Positions 1 to 12,410 of a DNA stretch of 40,081 nucleotides are shown here, piece after piece. The notes beneath the pieces are model-generated. The model saw only the letters and a program-made list of their open reading frames with translations, made no database searches and was not told the DNA's origin. Origin of the DNA: Rozella allomycis CSF55 (Eukaryota). The position numbers and the translations under genes are program-made. The stretch spans positions 1 through 40,081 of the forward strand of contig KE560617.1 of NCBI GenBank assembly GCA_000442015.1, in the 5' to 3' direction. Numbering within the stretch: position 1 is the first letter of the stretch; each line of letters begins with the position of its first letter.

Positions 1-3000
1 GATCGGTTATTGTTGTTTGCAGAGTTGTTTTGAAGAGTCGTTGTGTTAGAGCGTTGAATCTTTTGATGTCTTTGGAATCTAGTTTTGAGTAGACGTTGCT
101 TTTAATTGCATCTAAAAGGATTTGAGTGAAATTAACATCTGAAGATTTTGAAGTGTCTATTGATGTTTTATCATTTGACGTATTCATTGATGGTTTCACA
201 TCGTTCGTCTGTTCATCTCTTTCTCCACTTTTCTCTACCCCATCTCCATCTCCCAATCCAATAATCTTCAATCTATTCCCCGCACTCTCCAAAACAGGTT
301 TCAAACTTCTCAAACTCCAATCATAATGTTTCCTCCTTCCAACCAGCTTCATACAATAGTCAAATAATCTACACACACTCTCTGCCAACTCAACACTATT
401 TTTGTTTGTACTATTTGGAATGTCACTCTGCATGAACCCATTAGCAAACAGCAAAGTCTCTGAAATCTCCAGCTTATCAGGTACACTCATTGCAATTGGA
501 CGAAAGAGAACTTTTAAATTAAAGGGGATCTTTTGGCGGCCCTTATATGCACGGCCTACTGGATTTAGTGTGACAAAGATTGCAGAGTTGGGGTGCACTG
601 GGACTCTGTTGTTCATCAAGAGCACTATTGAAGTTATATAAGGTGGATTACCTGTAGATTTGTTGCTTTGTGAGACTTCACCAACATTCAACCCATTAAA
701 ATCATTATTCTCCCCACCATCACCTTCACTACTAGAAACAAGAACAGATTGAATTTCCTGAATCTGCTGACTAACAGCTGCCAAAACCACTGAATCCAAT
801 CGATTAAACTCATCAAAACAAACCCTATCAACTCAAAAAGTATAATTTACCAGCTGCCACATTTAACAATACCAGTGAATATTCTCTCCATTGATTCAAC
901 ATCCAGCCCTTCATCGCAATTAAACACCATAACCTGTATATGTGCAATTCAAATATTTTACTTGTCTTCCTAGTAGACAGCCTAGAGCTTTAACAGATTC
1001 AGTTTTTCCAGTAGCAGCTGGACCGAATGGATTGCCAGCGTAGCCTCTTAGTAGCGCTTGAGATAGATTAATGAAACATTTTGAGGTTAGTTCAGTGTAA
1101 ACTAGTCTTTGAAAGTTTCCCTATTTGAGAGAGATAGTTGGAGGTGTACTTGGTATTCAAATGAATGAATAAAGGAAGCATCACATATTTTGATTATACA
1201 ATCTTTAGAGTCTAAATCAACGTAGAATCTTAATTGTTTTTGCCATTCCCAATGATTTATATTTTGAACATTGTTTTTGATTAGAGATTTGATTATTTTA
1301 ATGTAATGAATAACATCCAATATTAAAGCATTGATTTTGTATTTCTCATGTTCTTTTGTTGGGGTTAAATTTGTTAATTTATTCAACATTGATTGATAAT
1401 CCACCAACAGAGATTCAAGGGTTTGGCTTGAACTATTAGAATTGACACTTTTATCTTCATTTATTAATTTATTTTTGTCTAGAACGAGAATGGATTCAAT
1501 GGAACAAGTGAATTGAATTGCATGACATAAACAAATAGTCTCTTGTGGGTAATCAGCCAATGGAATTTTATCATTTAAACAACTAATCATTAACAATTTC
1601 AAAGTATTTCTAATTTCAACATCCAACAAATTCATCCAATCTTCAATCTTTTCATTCATTTGAATTAAATTCTTCAACAGAATTACTTCCCCTTGTCTAC
1701 TAACAATTCCTTTAATGAAATTATCACTAAACAAACAATATTCAACTCCATTAAATATCTTTTTGAAATGTTGGTTCATTACTTCTCTTGTTCCATTGAA
1801 ACTAATTAATTCTAATAAACTTTCATCATTTAGAAAATAAAATTTAGGGAAATTGTTTCTTTTTGTTTCTAAAAATTCATTTAAATCTTTTTGGTAAATT
1901 TCAAATTCTGAAACTAGATTTTGTAAAATTTGAAATAAATTATTAAATGAAATGAAATTTATCAATCTGGAATCTTTCTTGATAAAATTTAATATATCTT
2001 TCATTTGATTATTCAACGAATTAAAATTTGATTTAGAACTATTAGAACTATTAGAAGACTTGAAACTATTAGAACCCTTAGAATCTAAACTTCTAGAATT
2101 TAAAGAATAGATGGGGTTTAAGTATAACCACTTTCTTTGGGCTACATTCAATAATTGAGTACAATTTGACATTAAATTTAATCTCTCTTGCCACAACTTT
2201 ATTTTATCTTTAAAATAGATTGAACAATCATTCTCTTTAATACTCTCTATCAATGATTGATTATCTCCTATCATTGTCAACACTTCCCTCCATTCTTTAA
2301 CAATAAAATAATCTCCTTCTTGCTTCATCACAAAACAACTCTTAATCCCCCAATCATCCAACTCTTCCAACGATTTCTTAATCACACTCTCTGAAACAAC
2401 CCTCTTATTCAACTCTCTAATTCTCTCTCTTTCTTTTTCAATCACTTCAATCTTCATTATCATTTCTCTAATACTCATTGGATACTTTATTTTAATCAAA
2501 TTACTCAATTCTATCCAATTCTCTCTTGTATATTCCTCCCCCTTTAACAAACTCTCATACTTTTGAAATTTATCAATCTTTCCTATTGTTTCTTTAATAA
2601 ATTCTATCCTGCTTTCTCTCCATTCTTTTTCTATTTCAATCTTTTTCTTCTTTTCAATTTCAACCTCCAATCTCTCTTTAATCTCACCACTAAATTTTAT
2701 TATCTCTTTCAATTCATTTATTCTACCCCTCAATTCTTCCATTCGAGAGAGTTCCAAAGACTGAAAAGGTTCAACTTTAATTAGGTTATTCCCATCACTA
2801 TTATCACTCTTCTCTACGTCTCTGTTCTCCCCTTCTCCCTTCAAGCTTAATATCTCAATTTGACCTTCAATTTCATAAAACTCCTTCACAAAAGCTTCAA
2901 CCTCTCCAACCTTCTCCTCAATCCCCTCTTCAAAATAATCTCTAGGCACTTCAAACACCCTCCACTTGCTCACAAACTCTTCAAACACTTTACAAAACTC

Positions 3001-5923
3001 ACTCAACTTGTCCTTGTACTTGTCCCTAATAACCATCACCTGCTCCTGCAAGAATATCTCATATCCATTCAACACAATCTCAAGCCTCTCCCACTTGCCA
3101 AACATCTCACTCAAATTCACAAAGCTTCCAACACTCTGCTTCAATATCTTATTCAACTGCTGGATCTCCTCAATCTCTATCAAACCCTCCATCCTCCGTC
3201 TCTTCAATTCAACAAACACACTCCGCGCCCTGCTAATCTCTTCAAAATTACTCGGCTTGATCGATATCTCCTTCAAACTAGCACCAACAAACTCTTCAAC
3301 AATCGCAATCTTCCCACCAATTCTATTCCTCAAACTCTTCAACACACTCTCATAATACACCTGCAAATTCCTCTCAATACAATTCTATTAAAATAATTCA
3401 ACCCCCTTACCTTAATCTCAACACACTCAACTTTAATCCCACTAAACTCAAAACTAAACTTCACACTCTCCAACTCCCTCCCCTTGTCCTTGACAAACTT
3501 CAACTGCTTCACAAAATCATCGCCAGTTTCCAACCTCAAATCAATCATCTTCATCAACTCTTCCTCCTCTGGCAAACTCAACACCCACTTCTTAAACCTC
3601 AACGGAACCATCAACACCTGGTTTATCACACTCTCAGCCCTCCGGTACACCTCACAAACCTCATAACTACACTCATCAACTATCCCGCCAAAATCATACT
3701 CATCACTCAGTCCCTTGAACTGGCTCGGTATCCCAACATACTTTTTCAACTCCCTATACATCCGCATCCGCACATCCTCAATCCCAGGCTTATACTGCAC
3801 AACCTTGTTCCGCACAACAACCTCAACCCTCACACTCTCAATACACTCCAAAACCTTCTCCATCCCGCTCTTATACTGGAACAATAGTATCTTATACAAC
3901 TGATTATCCAAAAACCTCAACCAGCCCCTCATACTCTCCCTCGAATACCCCTCACTACCAAGCTCGCCAACAACAACCCGCATCTCATTCAACACCTCCT
4001 TATACCTCCCACTCGCTCTCATCAAATCAACATCAACAAGCTGCACCATCAACCCCACTATCCTCTCATGCCGCTGCTTCAGTTTCACATTCTCACGCGT
4101 CAACTGCATCATCACCCGCTGCAACATCCCAACATACTCCTTCACCTGCCCCTCATCATGCCACTCAATCTCCCGCTTCATATACTTTCCTGGATACTTT
4201 ATCATATTCTCAAACTTCATCGCTTGCTCAACCAACATCCCTTGCTGCTCCTTCAACACCTGCACATCAAACGAATTATAAAACTCGGCAACCTGCTTCA
4301 ACACACTCACTGAACGCCCAATCCGTTGGAACTTTTCAGCTCGATCCAGAAACTTCTCAGGCACTTTATACCCGTGCGCTGCAAACTGACACACACTGCG
4401 CACAAACCGGTCAATCGATTCGTTAAACAACACACACAACTTGCCATCACTCATATTCATATTCATCAACCGACCATTCTTGTCCAACTGCAACTCTGAA
4501 TTCACATCACCCAAATCTCTCTCCATTTGCACCACCCACTGCTCAAACACCTCGTCGGCTTTCAAAATCAAATCATTGCTCAACTCTTCACACACTCTCT
4601 TTTGGCTGCCATTCAAGTTGCTCAAATGTTTCACCTGTCATTTAAATCTCCGATGTTTACCTGGTGGGAGCCATGCTTCAGAGCGACAATTTTAGTAACA
4701 ATCTCCGCATCACTTGTTTCTATTGGCTGGAGTTTTAGTGCCTCAAATTCCTTGATTTTCTTTTCCGTCTTGACAAAAATAAGCACATCCAGTTTGGTGG
4801 ATTTTATTATTCCAGTAGATAGAAAATCGACATATTGGTTATAGCTATTTTCGTCATTATTAATCTTGTTTAGAATATTTTCAGAAACAATATCACAAAT
4901 ATCTTCAAATTGCGCATTCTGATTGAGAATATAACAATCAATTACTGATTTTCCATTCAAAGTATCGAACAGCGACTTTACCAGAGCTTCTTTATTCATC
5001 GACTTCATCTTTGGTAGCTTCGTTGCAAAATCAAATAAGAATGCCATTCCTTTGGCCTATTCATCGTCAATTCACATTCTTACTCGCATCAGCATTTTAT
5101 CAATCTGTTCTAACTTTGCATAAACATCTTTATTCAATGACAATGTTACAATTCCTTGCTTAAAATTCTCAAAAATGCCTTTCACTTTTCCATATTTCTC
5201 AATCGCCTATATTCAGAAATCTCATTGAGTCTCATACCGCATACAATGACCATTCAAAGAGCAATGGAGACTGCACAAATGTCTCTTTCAAATACTCATC
5301 AATAATCTTCAACGCAACATCAACACCCATCTTCTTTCCTTGCTCACTACATGACCAACAACCAGCCTCATTACTCAACCATCTCCAATTCATTCAAAAC
5401 ATCATTCAAACTATCCTCACTTACACTCTTTGCCAAATTTGCCAAACAGTCCCTCAAATTCTTATCCTCCACTCTCTCCAACTCNTCCACTTTCTCCAAC
5501 TCTCCACTGTACTTTCCCAACTTGGCCTCCCTCACAAACCGCTCAATGGCCACTAGCTGCTGCACACACGCATCAATACTCATCCTATCACACACCACCC
5601 AACCCATTACGTCGCCGCCAACGGAATTGCAAATTTCTCTACAATCACCTCAATATCGCCAACCAGATCGTACGGCTTCAATGTCGCTACACTGATATCA
5701 TCACGCTGCTTCCTAAAACACAAGCATGTTGAAATCGCCGTTGGACTAGACGATTCACATACAATTTGGTTGGCCTGTCAGATATTGAAAATTGACTTAC
5801 CGATTCATGACAGAATAATGTGCCGTCGGCGGAATGTTTAAATGCGTTGATTTCATTCCTTGATGATGGAGTGATGTCCGAAACTTGGAAATACGCGCGG
5901 ATCACTTGCTCAATATCGATCAT
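1..5923 (-). CDS. DYNC2H1: Cytoplasmic dynein-2 (IFT dynein) heavy chain, N-terminal tail through AAA1; multi-exon, runs off the left edge
   Basis: Spliced translation gives [11 protein letters not shown]...[20 protein letters not shown]...[25 protein letters not shown]...VFNCDEGLD...CFDEFNRL...IFVTLNP...HYDWSLR. The GNP and ALGxLLGRQ context is the dynein-2 type. Introns read at 4635-4660, 3385-3410 and 1121-1149. The start at 5923 is tentative; gap at 5485. Confidence 0.9.
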
Positions 5924-6167
5924 GGAAATTTCGTCAATTTGAAAAGCGGTCCTTATTTAATGAATCTGTTTGATTTAAACTTTATTAGTTTTATTATTCT
6001 TTTATTTATTAATGAAATAGTAGTGTTTCACAAAATTAAAGAAAATAGCATCGTGGCGATGGCACTGTTTAATGACGTTACTTGATTTCATAAATGCTAA
6101 GGCATAAGATAATGTCTTTGAATGAATTCGTTTTGGTGCGAGGAGAGCCAAGCCACATAAAAGTTGC

Positions 6168-7181
6168 ATGAGAAATATTTTCACTATCACATCCCAAAGA
6201 GTTTCAGGAATACGTACTGGTAAAATCACACTTGGTGGAAAGACAATGACAACTCCCGCTATTATCAATGCAACCAGTCGAGGAGCTATCCCCCACGTCA
6301 CTCATGACTTGTTGGCTGATCTCGCAATCCCACCAGCGCGATTTCTGAACATGGGTGATTTTCTAGACACTAGTAAAATAATCCAAGAACATGGATCCGT
6401 TGAATCGTTTCTCGGAACTCAAGACATCTTGTTTGGTGGTTTAGGTCACATTAAGAGCGGTAGTAACAAGTCTGTCGAATACAAGAGCATGCTTCAGTCT
6501 CATGTAGGCTCCCGTCAAATGAAGATCACCGAGTACACTGAATTGTGCAAAGCTGTAAAAACTGACATATGTTTGCCATTGTATGATGTCCCACCAACTG
6601 AAGATATTGCAAAATCAAGAGCTTTTAAATCTATTCAGAGAACTGAAACTTATTTGAAAGAAATGATTGGCAATTTTGAAAATGTTTTCGGTGTCGTGAG
6701 TGCGTCTTCAAAGGATCTAGCGCAAAGTTTACTTGAAATGCTTGCAAAGTATCCAACATTGACAGGACTTGCTTTTAATGTTCCTATTTCTGTAATTCCA
6801 CAACTTAACATTCCAGATGAGTTTAAAGAAAAGCCATTAATGTATTTGAAGCCAATCAAAGGAACCGATTTGAAAGACCTGTTGAATTTAGGATTCGATC
6901 TCTTTATTGTGGATGTCCATAAAGAATACACAGAAAAGGGCATCGCTGTAGTTGGTAACTCAGAAGAAGAAAAAAGTATAAATCTCAACGACGAATGCCA
7001 TGTTGAAGATGCGAAACCTTTGGTGAATGATTGCAAATGCTACGCTTGCGAACATCATATAAGAGCGTATATCAACCATCTTTTGAAAACAAGAGAAATG
7101 CTTGGATTTGTTTTACTTCAAATCCATAATATTCATCACCTAAATCAATTGCTAGTCTCTTTAATAAATAAATCATCATAG
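6168..7181 (+). CDS. QTRT2: Queuine tRNA-ribosyltransferase family, probably the accessory subunit
   Basis: Intronless 337-aa ORF with TGT N-terminus (RTGKI..TPA...RGAIPHVTHD) and zinc site CKCYAC...RAYINHLLKTREML...IHN. The DSGG catalytic motif of QTRT1 is absent. Confidence 0.85.
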   Translation: MRNIFTITSQRVSGIRTGKITLGGKTMTTPAIINATSRGAIPHVTHDLLADLAIPPARFLNMGDFLDTSKIIQEHGSVESFLGTQDILFGGLGHIKSGSNKSVEYKSMLQSHVGSRQMKITEYTELCKAVKTDICLPLYDVPPTEDIAKSRAFKSIQRTETYLKEMIGNFENVFGVVSASSKDLAQSLLEMLAKYPTLTGLAFNVPISVIPQLNIPDEFKEKPLMYLKPIKGTDLKDLLNLGFDLFIVDVHKEYTEKGIAVVGNSEEEKSINLNDECHVEDAKPLVNDCKCYACEHHIRAYINHLLKTREMLGFVLLQIHNIHHLNQLLVSLINKSS

Positions 7182-7240
7182 ATGTCTCTAATAAATCTTT
7201 ATTAATGCATAATTTCCAAAAATTTTCAACTGTATTTTTG

Positions 7241-8245
7241 TCAAACCTCCTTGTCAGACTTAACAAACAATCTGCGACACAAAGTAACAAACCGCCTGTA
7301 ATTTATGTTATACCATTCTATTGCATATGAATTGAACATAATGAACATCACAAATAATGCAATACCATAAACTGAGGGCATGTATATTATCGCTAACGAC
7401 AGAAAATGCTGATTGGTGGAGCTTGACCTGGTTAAGCCCTTACTTGGTCGTAAAAACACATTGTATGTCCATCGAAATGAAGGAAGAATAGATAGAAAAG
7501 AAAAAACTGTGTATAAGAACCAAACATTGAATATCCTGAATATCATGCCAGTTGTGATTGTTGTTCTTAGAGTTTGATCATCATCTTCATATCTTTGAAC
7601 TTCTCTAGCATGTTTCAATGAATTCAGCCTTCGCTTAACTAAAGTAACAATCAAAATCATCCCCGCAAATATGCCTGGTATTAAGTGAACAATGAAAAAT
7701 GCTGTCGTCGTCACAACTATGTAAGTATGATGCGTTATGAAGCAATAGCTATATTCTCCGAGAATGTTAGTGCCAACAGGCGAAATTAATGGAAACTTTT
7801 GAGAATCAGACAGGAAAATAATGAAGCAAGGGCCAAGTAGTGAGAGCAAGGAAAGAGCATACGTTCTTGAAACAACACCCAATGGCAGCTTAAACCAATG
7901 ACGATACACATTAGATACTCCTGAAAACTGAAGCCTGACAAGGTATATCATGTATTCTTTGGCCAGACCATGCATCAAAATAAATAGCGTGTTCAAAGAG
8001 TAGCCTTGAAAAAGACAGTAACTAGAAGATGCAGATAGAATTTGTTCGTGACTAGGTTTGTGAATATTGAAAAACCGTCTTTCTGTAGGAAAATACCATC
8101 CAACCATTATTATGATAAGACTAATCAAAGCGGCCAAGTTTAGGTGTATGGGAATAGGATCTCGCATTTTGTTCTTAAACATGACATAAAAGAATAACAA
8201 AATCAATAGGACGGATATAACGCACAAAGTGGAGAACACATTCAT
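7241..8245 (-). CDS. Seven-transmembrane GPCR-like protein (N-terminus may extend upstream)
   Basis: About 7 hydrophobic segments, Cys at the top of TM3 (YCLFQG) and in extracellular loop 2 (YCFI). The frame is open a short way upstream (CIPSGNGPVSCATV), and a gap lies at 8367. Confidence 0.6.
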   Translation of the reverse strand: MNVFSTLCVISVLLILLFFYVMFKNKMRDPIPIHLNLAALISLIIIMVGWYFPTERRFFNIHKPSHEQILSASSSYCLFQGYSLNTLFILMHGLAKEYMIYLVRLQFSGVSNVYRHWFKLPLGVVSRTYALSLLSLLGPCFIIFLSDSQKFPLISPVGTNILGEYSYCFITHHTYIVVTTTAFFIVHLIPGIFAGMILIVTLVKRRLNSLKHAREVQRYEDDDQTLRTTITTGMIFRIFNVWFLYTVFSFLSILPSFRWTYNVFLRPSKGLTRSSSTNQHFLSLAIIYMPSVYGIALFVMFIMFNSYAIEWYNINYRRFVTLCRRLFVKSDKEV

Positions 8246-8367
8246 GACAGTGGCACAGCTGACAGGACCGTTACCCGATGGAATACATTAAAAGTAAATA
8301 CAGAACTAAAGATCTTGTTAATAATCGATTTTACAATAATTAATAGTACTCTAGTCATTTTCTTTCN

Positions 8368-9297
8368 TGTCTGGATAATGAAAGACAGTGGACAGATACA
8401 TCACTGACGTCTCAAGGTTCAATTCTACGCCATGACAAATCACTAAAGAATAGTTTTGATTATTAAGACATTGATCCAAAAGGCATGCGATGTTTTTTTC
8501 AACCTTTTTAACTCGATTAATTGATTTACCTTGGCGTTAGTCAATGGTGAAAAGGGCTCCTGAATTACTTTTCCATCTGGTAAATACAATCTAAACGGAA
8601 TGTTCTTAACATAATTTGTTCCATTTATTTTTCTATTAATTTCACAATATTCTTCAAAATTATCTATATCAAAATCTTGGTGGTTTAATTACGAGATTCA
8701 ATACTACTCCAAATTGAATTTTGGTCGGTAATAGATAAATTCATTATTTTTTGTACGTTTCCATATTTTAGATAGTTGGACTGCCAAAAAAATTTAGTGA
8801 CAAATATTACCTGCTTCAAAATTGACAATGCGTATTCAGATAGATCGTTAAATTTAAAATTGGTTTCCTTTATATCTAAATTAAGCACAAACTCTAATGG
8901 TTTCGCGTAATCCCAATAGATATCTGCAAGTAGCCCAACCGGGTAGTTCCTAAACGTTTCGTACTTGAGACAAGCATACCATTTCACAAGAGTATCAATT
9001 TTGGGTAATGTTATAAACAAACGACTTTGTATTTCATGGTAATCTACCCAATAAATATGATTTTCTTGGAATATCCTCTCTATCAAAACGGGTAGATAAG
9101 AACATCTGTACGCCATAGTCTAATTCATATACCAAGTTTGAAAATACGTGATATGGAAATATTTTCTCAAGTTTCAATAATAGCTGTACATCATTTGCAC
9201 CATTCCCATGAAAATGCAATGTCAGTGGAACTTTACTATACCAAACCTTTTTCTTAATGACATAATCCAATTCATCGGCTTCTGCTTCCTTATTCAT
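8368..9297 (-). CDS. ATG5: Autophagy protein 5; multi-exon, C-terminus cut by the gap at 8367
   Basis: Motifs VWYSKVPL, YRCSYLP, KW..YPVGLLAD, IMNLSITDQNSIW, NIPFRLY and CHGVELNLETSVMYLSTVFHYPD occur in ATG5 order. Confidence 0.85.
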
Positions 9298-9366
9298 ATT
9301 TTTCAATAGTTTGAAGCTTAAATTATTCATGAAAAGATTCACATCAGGAACCTCCTAGTCTAAGCC

Positions 9367-9947
9367 ATGGATGCACTTGTTTCTTCGTATCCGTTACCTC
9401 CATCGTATTATAATTTGTATACAGACGAAGCCCTACAAAATCAAACTGCCCCTTTACCACCAAAACCAATAGAATACGGAGAGACTTATACTGTTTTCGG
9501 GGCAGAATACAAAGTAAGTTGAACGCAACGAGAAAAAAGAATGATATCTGCTTTAACGTGAATTTAAAAGATCAAGGTGTAGAAATATTGTATGATGAAA
9601 ACGATCATCCAAAGGAAAGCATGAAATACTTGTTTCAACGCCTGCACTATCAACTAATTTCTTACTTGGATGACATACATATGAACGAAGAAAACTTATT
9701 AAAGAAAGTCGACGAAACTAGATTGATTCTTATCAATATGTACCATCTAATGAATTGCCATAGATTGGAACAGGTAATTCCAGTTACCATTTAATTTCAC
9801 AAGGCAAAACAAAAGGTATACGATATGATGCAATCTCAAATAAATATTATTAAGGAAGTAGAGATTAAGGAGGTCGAAAATTGGAAGAAAAGACTTGTAG
9901 ATGAGAAGGCCCAACTTATCCAGTCGTTAAGAGAAGTTTTGAATTAG
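9367..9947 (+). CDS. MED7: Mediator subunit 7; multi-exon
   Basis: N-terminal SSYPLPPSYYNLYT...PPKP...YTVFG, then LKDQGVEILY and ILINMYHLMNCHRLEQ|AKQ, matching the Med7 family. Confidence 0.85.
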
Positions 9948-10162
9948 CACTATAAAAATTAAAATTATTAATATATTTTTTGAAATATTTTTCGTTTGTA
10001 AAGATTTATAAACTCTTTTAACAATTTCAAGAGGCAAGTCTAGACTCTCGCTTTAATCTTTCATGTTAAAAAAGTCTTATTCATTGATCACAGATGATAG
10101 AATTAAGAGAAATGCTACCCGGTTTTCACCGTGTAGAAATAATTTGATTTAGCCACGAATTT

Positions 10163-10507
10163 ATGGACTGTGGTATACTTCTATTTTCATCAAGCAAATG
10201 TGTCACAAGTGAATCTATTTTGGAGAATAATAGCTCTTTAAACCCAAAAATTATTGTAGATAGTAACGTGCAAGAAAAACATGTCCAGAAAAGGGTTAAG
10301 TGCTTTAAGTTGCCATCAGATCTGCGAGGTGTAATAATGGACTACGATGAAATAATAAAGCAATCAATAAAGATAAATTCAAAGGCTCCAGATATTGTTC
10401 TGCCTCAAAAGATAAGAAAGAAATGTAGAAATAGGAGTAGGAAACAAAAAATGGATGCTAAACGTAAAAAAGAAACAATTCGAAGGAGTAGATTCAATAG
10501 CAGTTAG
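10163..10507 (+). CDS. Hypothetical basic protein
   Basis: 114-aa ATG-initiated ORF with a Lys/Arg-rich C-terminus; no family recognised. Confidence 0.3.
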   Translation: MDCGILLFSSSKCVTSESILENNSSLNPKIIVDSNVQEKHVQKRVKCFKLPSDLRGVIMDYDEIIKQSIKINSKAPDIVLPQKIRKKCRNRSRKQKMDAKRKKETIRRSRFNSS

Positions 10508-11065
10508 CACTTAATAAATTTATTTTAAAAGCATATACGATATAGATGCTTTGGTTTATTAAAATACAAGGAATAAAGACCGCATCTAAATCAAAAATTT
10601 ACTATTCAATGGCAATAAGGGCTTTTCTTCAATGCTATCAATTATCTTATGAAAATCTGTTTGTATTTTCTAAGGAACTTCATTAAATAAGTTTACTTTT
10701 AAGCTCCTTAAGGAGTTTTCGATGCACGAAGTATCAACATTTTTGTNAGCACTTAATAAATTTATTTTAAAAGCATATATGATATAGATGCTTTGTTTTA
10801 TTAAAATACAACGAATAAAGACCCCATCTAAATCAAAAATTTACTATTCAATGGCGAATGCCAATAAGGGCTTTTCTTCAATGCTATCAATTATCTCATG
10901 AAAATCTGGTTGTATTTTTTTAAGCTCCTTAAGGAGTTTTCGATGCACGAAGTATCAACATTTTTGTCCACGATATTTTTGGTTATTGTAGTAATGGATT
11001 AAAGAAGATTTTGGATTTCCAAATCTACTTGGAAAAGTCCTTCAACGTCCATTTATTTTGGATAT
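10505..11065. repeat. Fungalysin upstream region: two diverged copies either side of n10747, with a third at 14266-14586
   Basis: Block AGCACTTAATAAAT...GTATCAACATTTTTGT occurs at about 10506, 10748 and 14267 with SNPs and indels. Confidence 0.9.
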
Positions 11066-11114
11066 TTCAGGAATTTGGTGATATGAATGACCAATGTGGC
11101 TTAAACGCAATTTA

Positions 11115-11290
11115 ATGAACCGGTTACTTACGGCCGCCCTCTTCTGACTGGTCAAGGATTTTGTCATCGCCTGTCAGTCCCCCATTTTGCCCCTAAAGTC
11201 CTGCCCGCATTTGAAGAGCCCTGTCAACAAACTGTGGACGCGACCCTGTCCGAATTGCAATTGACATTGCCTCAAATTACCCTGAATCTG
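11115..11290 (+). pseudogene. Truncated 5' fragment of an M36 fungalysin gene
   Basis: MNRLLTAALF then TGA, followed by TTTGCCCCTAAAGTCCTGCCCGCATTTGAAGAGCCCTGTCAACAAAC, nearly identical to 14779-14826. Has an internal deletion and is truncated. Confidence 0.8.
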
Positions 11291-12130
11291 TTAATTACCA
11301 ATTCTGATCAGTGAAACGTGTCCAAGCCTTCGTTGATANTTTTCGACAGTCAAATTTTCGCTAGATGCTCCAGGTGAGATAGATTTGAAAGCGGTCATAA
11401 ACCAATTGAACCAGCGAAGAATTTCAGACAAGCCGGGGCTTGAGTTGTAAGTGCCGTCATCTCCAGCATCAAGGACTACGAGAGCAGAAGCATATACAGT
11501 CCCATCTACATCAATAGCAAAGAAGCGAAAGATATCTCCATTGGTTAGAACAGCAAATACAGGAGTATTCTTTCCAGCGTCCAACCGTTTCTTGAGCAAA
11601 CATCCAGCTTCACAAAGGACTTGATGAATTGAACTATCAGGCCATTCCCTTTTCGCTTCCATAACCAAAAGAAACGAGTCCATACTATGAACAGTTTTGT
11701 TTTCAGCGGACCCAAGCATATAGTCCGCAGGGCCTGTGTAGCCGAAGCCAGGCCCTTCCCAGTCATTTCTGACTTCACAAAATCCCCAAAGTTGAGGTTG
11801 AGCGCTTGTATCAGTATTTTTCCACAAAACTTCTGTAAGGATTGCGTCAATGACAATTCGACAGGCTTTTTCATTGTCCAATACCCAGACCTGGTCAATC
11901 TTCTGCAAAGTTTCACAGAGCCAGGGACTAGGAAATACTGTTTCAAAATCATCTGGGATGTGAAGTGAAGGAGTTTTGGGCTTAATATATTTAAGGGTTA
12001 ACGCTAGACCATCGGGTCTAACACAGTGGTCATAAGTGGCTTTAGAAAAACTAATAGATGGTTTTTTCTTATTTATGAATTGCTGGACTTGTTTCCTTTC
12101 TTCTTCTGTGAGTTCGTTTATAACCCTCAA
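11291..12130 (-). CDS. Crinkler-type PD-(D/E)XK restriction-endonuclease-fold domain; partial, between gaps
   Basis: NEKACRIVIDAIL...GPADYMLG...LLVMEAKR...HQVLCE...VFAVLTNGDIFRFF shows the D...EAK...Q...TNG pattern of HsdR_N-like/CR-REase domains. Both ends are affected by gaps n11339 and n12131. Confidence 0.7.
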   Translation of the reverse strand: MRVINELTEEERKQVQQFINKKKPSISFSKATYDHCVRPDGLALTLKYIKPKTPSLHIPDDFETVFPSPWLCETLQKIDQVWVLDNEKACRIVIDAILTEVLWKNTDTSAQPQLWGFCEVRNDWEGPGFGYTGPADYMLGSAENKTVHSMDSFLLVMEAKREWPDSSIHQVLCEAGCLLKKRLDAGKNTPVFAVLTNGDIFRFFAIDVDGTVYASALVVLDAGDDGTYNSSPGLSEILRWFNWFMTAFKSISPGASSENLTVEXYQRRLGHVSLIRIGN

Positions 12131-12249
12131 NTAGAAATAGGTGATTATTACCATTTTAAGTGCTGATGACTATAAAAAGCAAGAAATCTCTAAGCCTCAA
12201 AAAGAAAATGATCAATGGATTTTAATTGCCTGNAACTTCTTGATAGATT

Positions 12250-12410
12250 ATGGAGGAAAGGCGGGATCCTATGAATCCACTGGTTCTTGTCAATCCTGTG
12301 CAGCTGGAACACATTCTTCAACTGTAGCATCGTTGTATTGCCATTCTTGTCCCTCCGGCCAATACGCAAATGTACGTGCCGCTAGTTGCTCTTCTTGCCC
12401 CCGGCACTTG
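12250..12410 (+). other. Cys-rich GCC2/GCC3 (ephrin-receptor-like) repeat fragment
   Basis: CQSCAAGTHS....CHSCPSGQYA....CSSCP; no start or full gene visible. Confidence 0.5.

Noticed and set aside
1102-5047. Programmed frameshifts or pseudogenisation of dynein
   Set aside because: The breaks checked are each explained by a 26-29 nt GT-AG intron.
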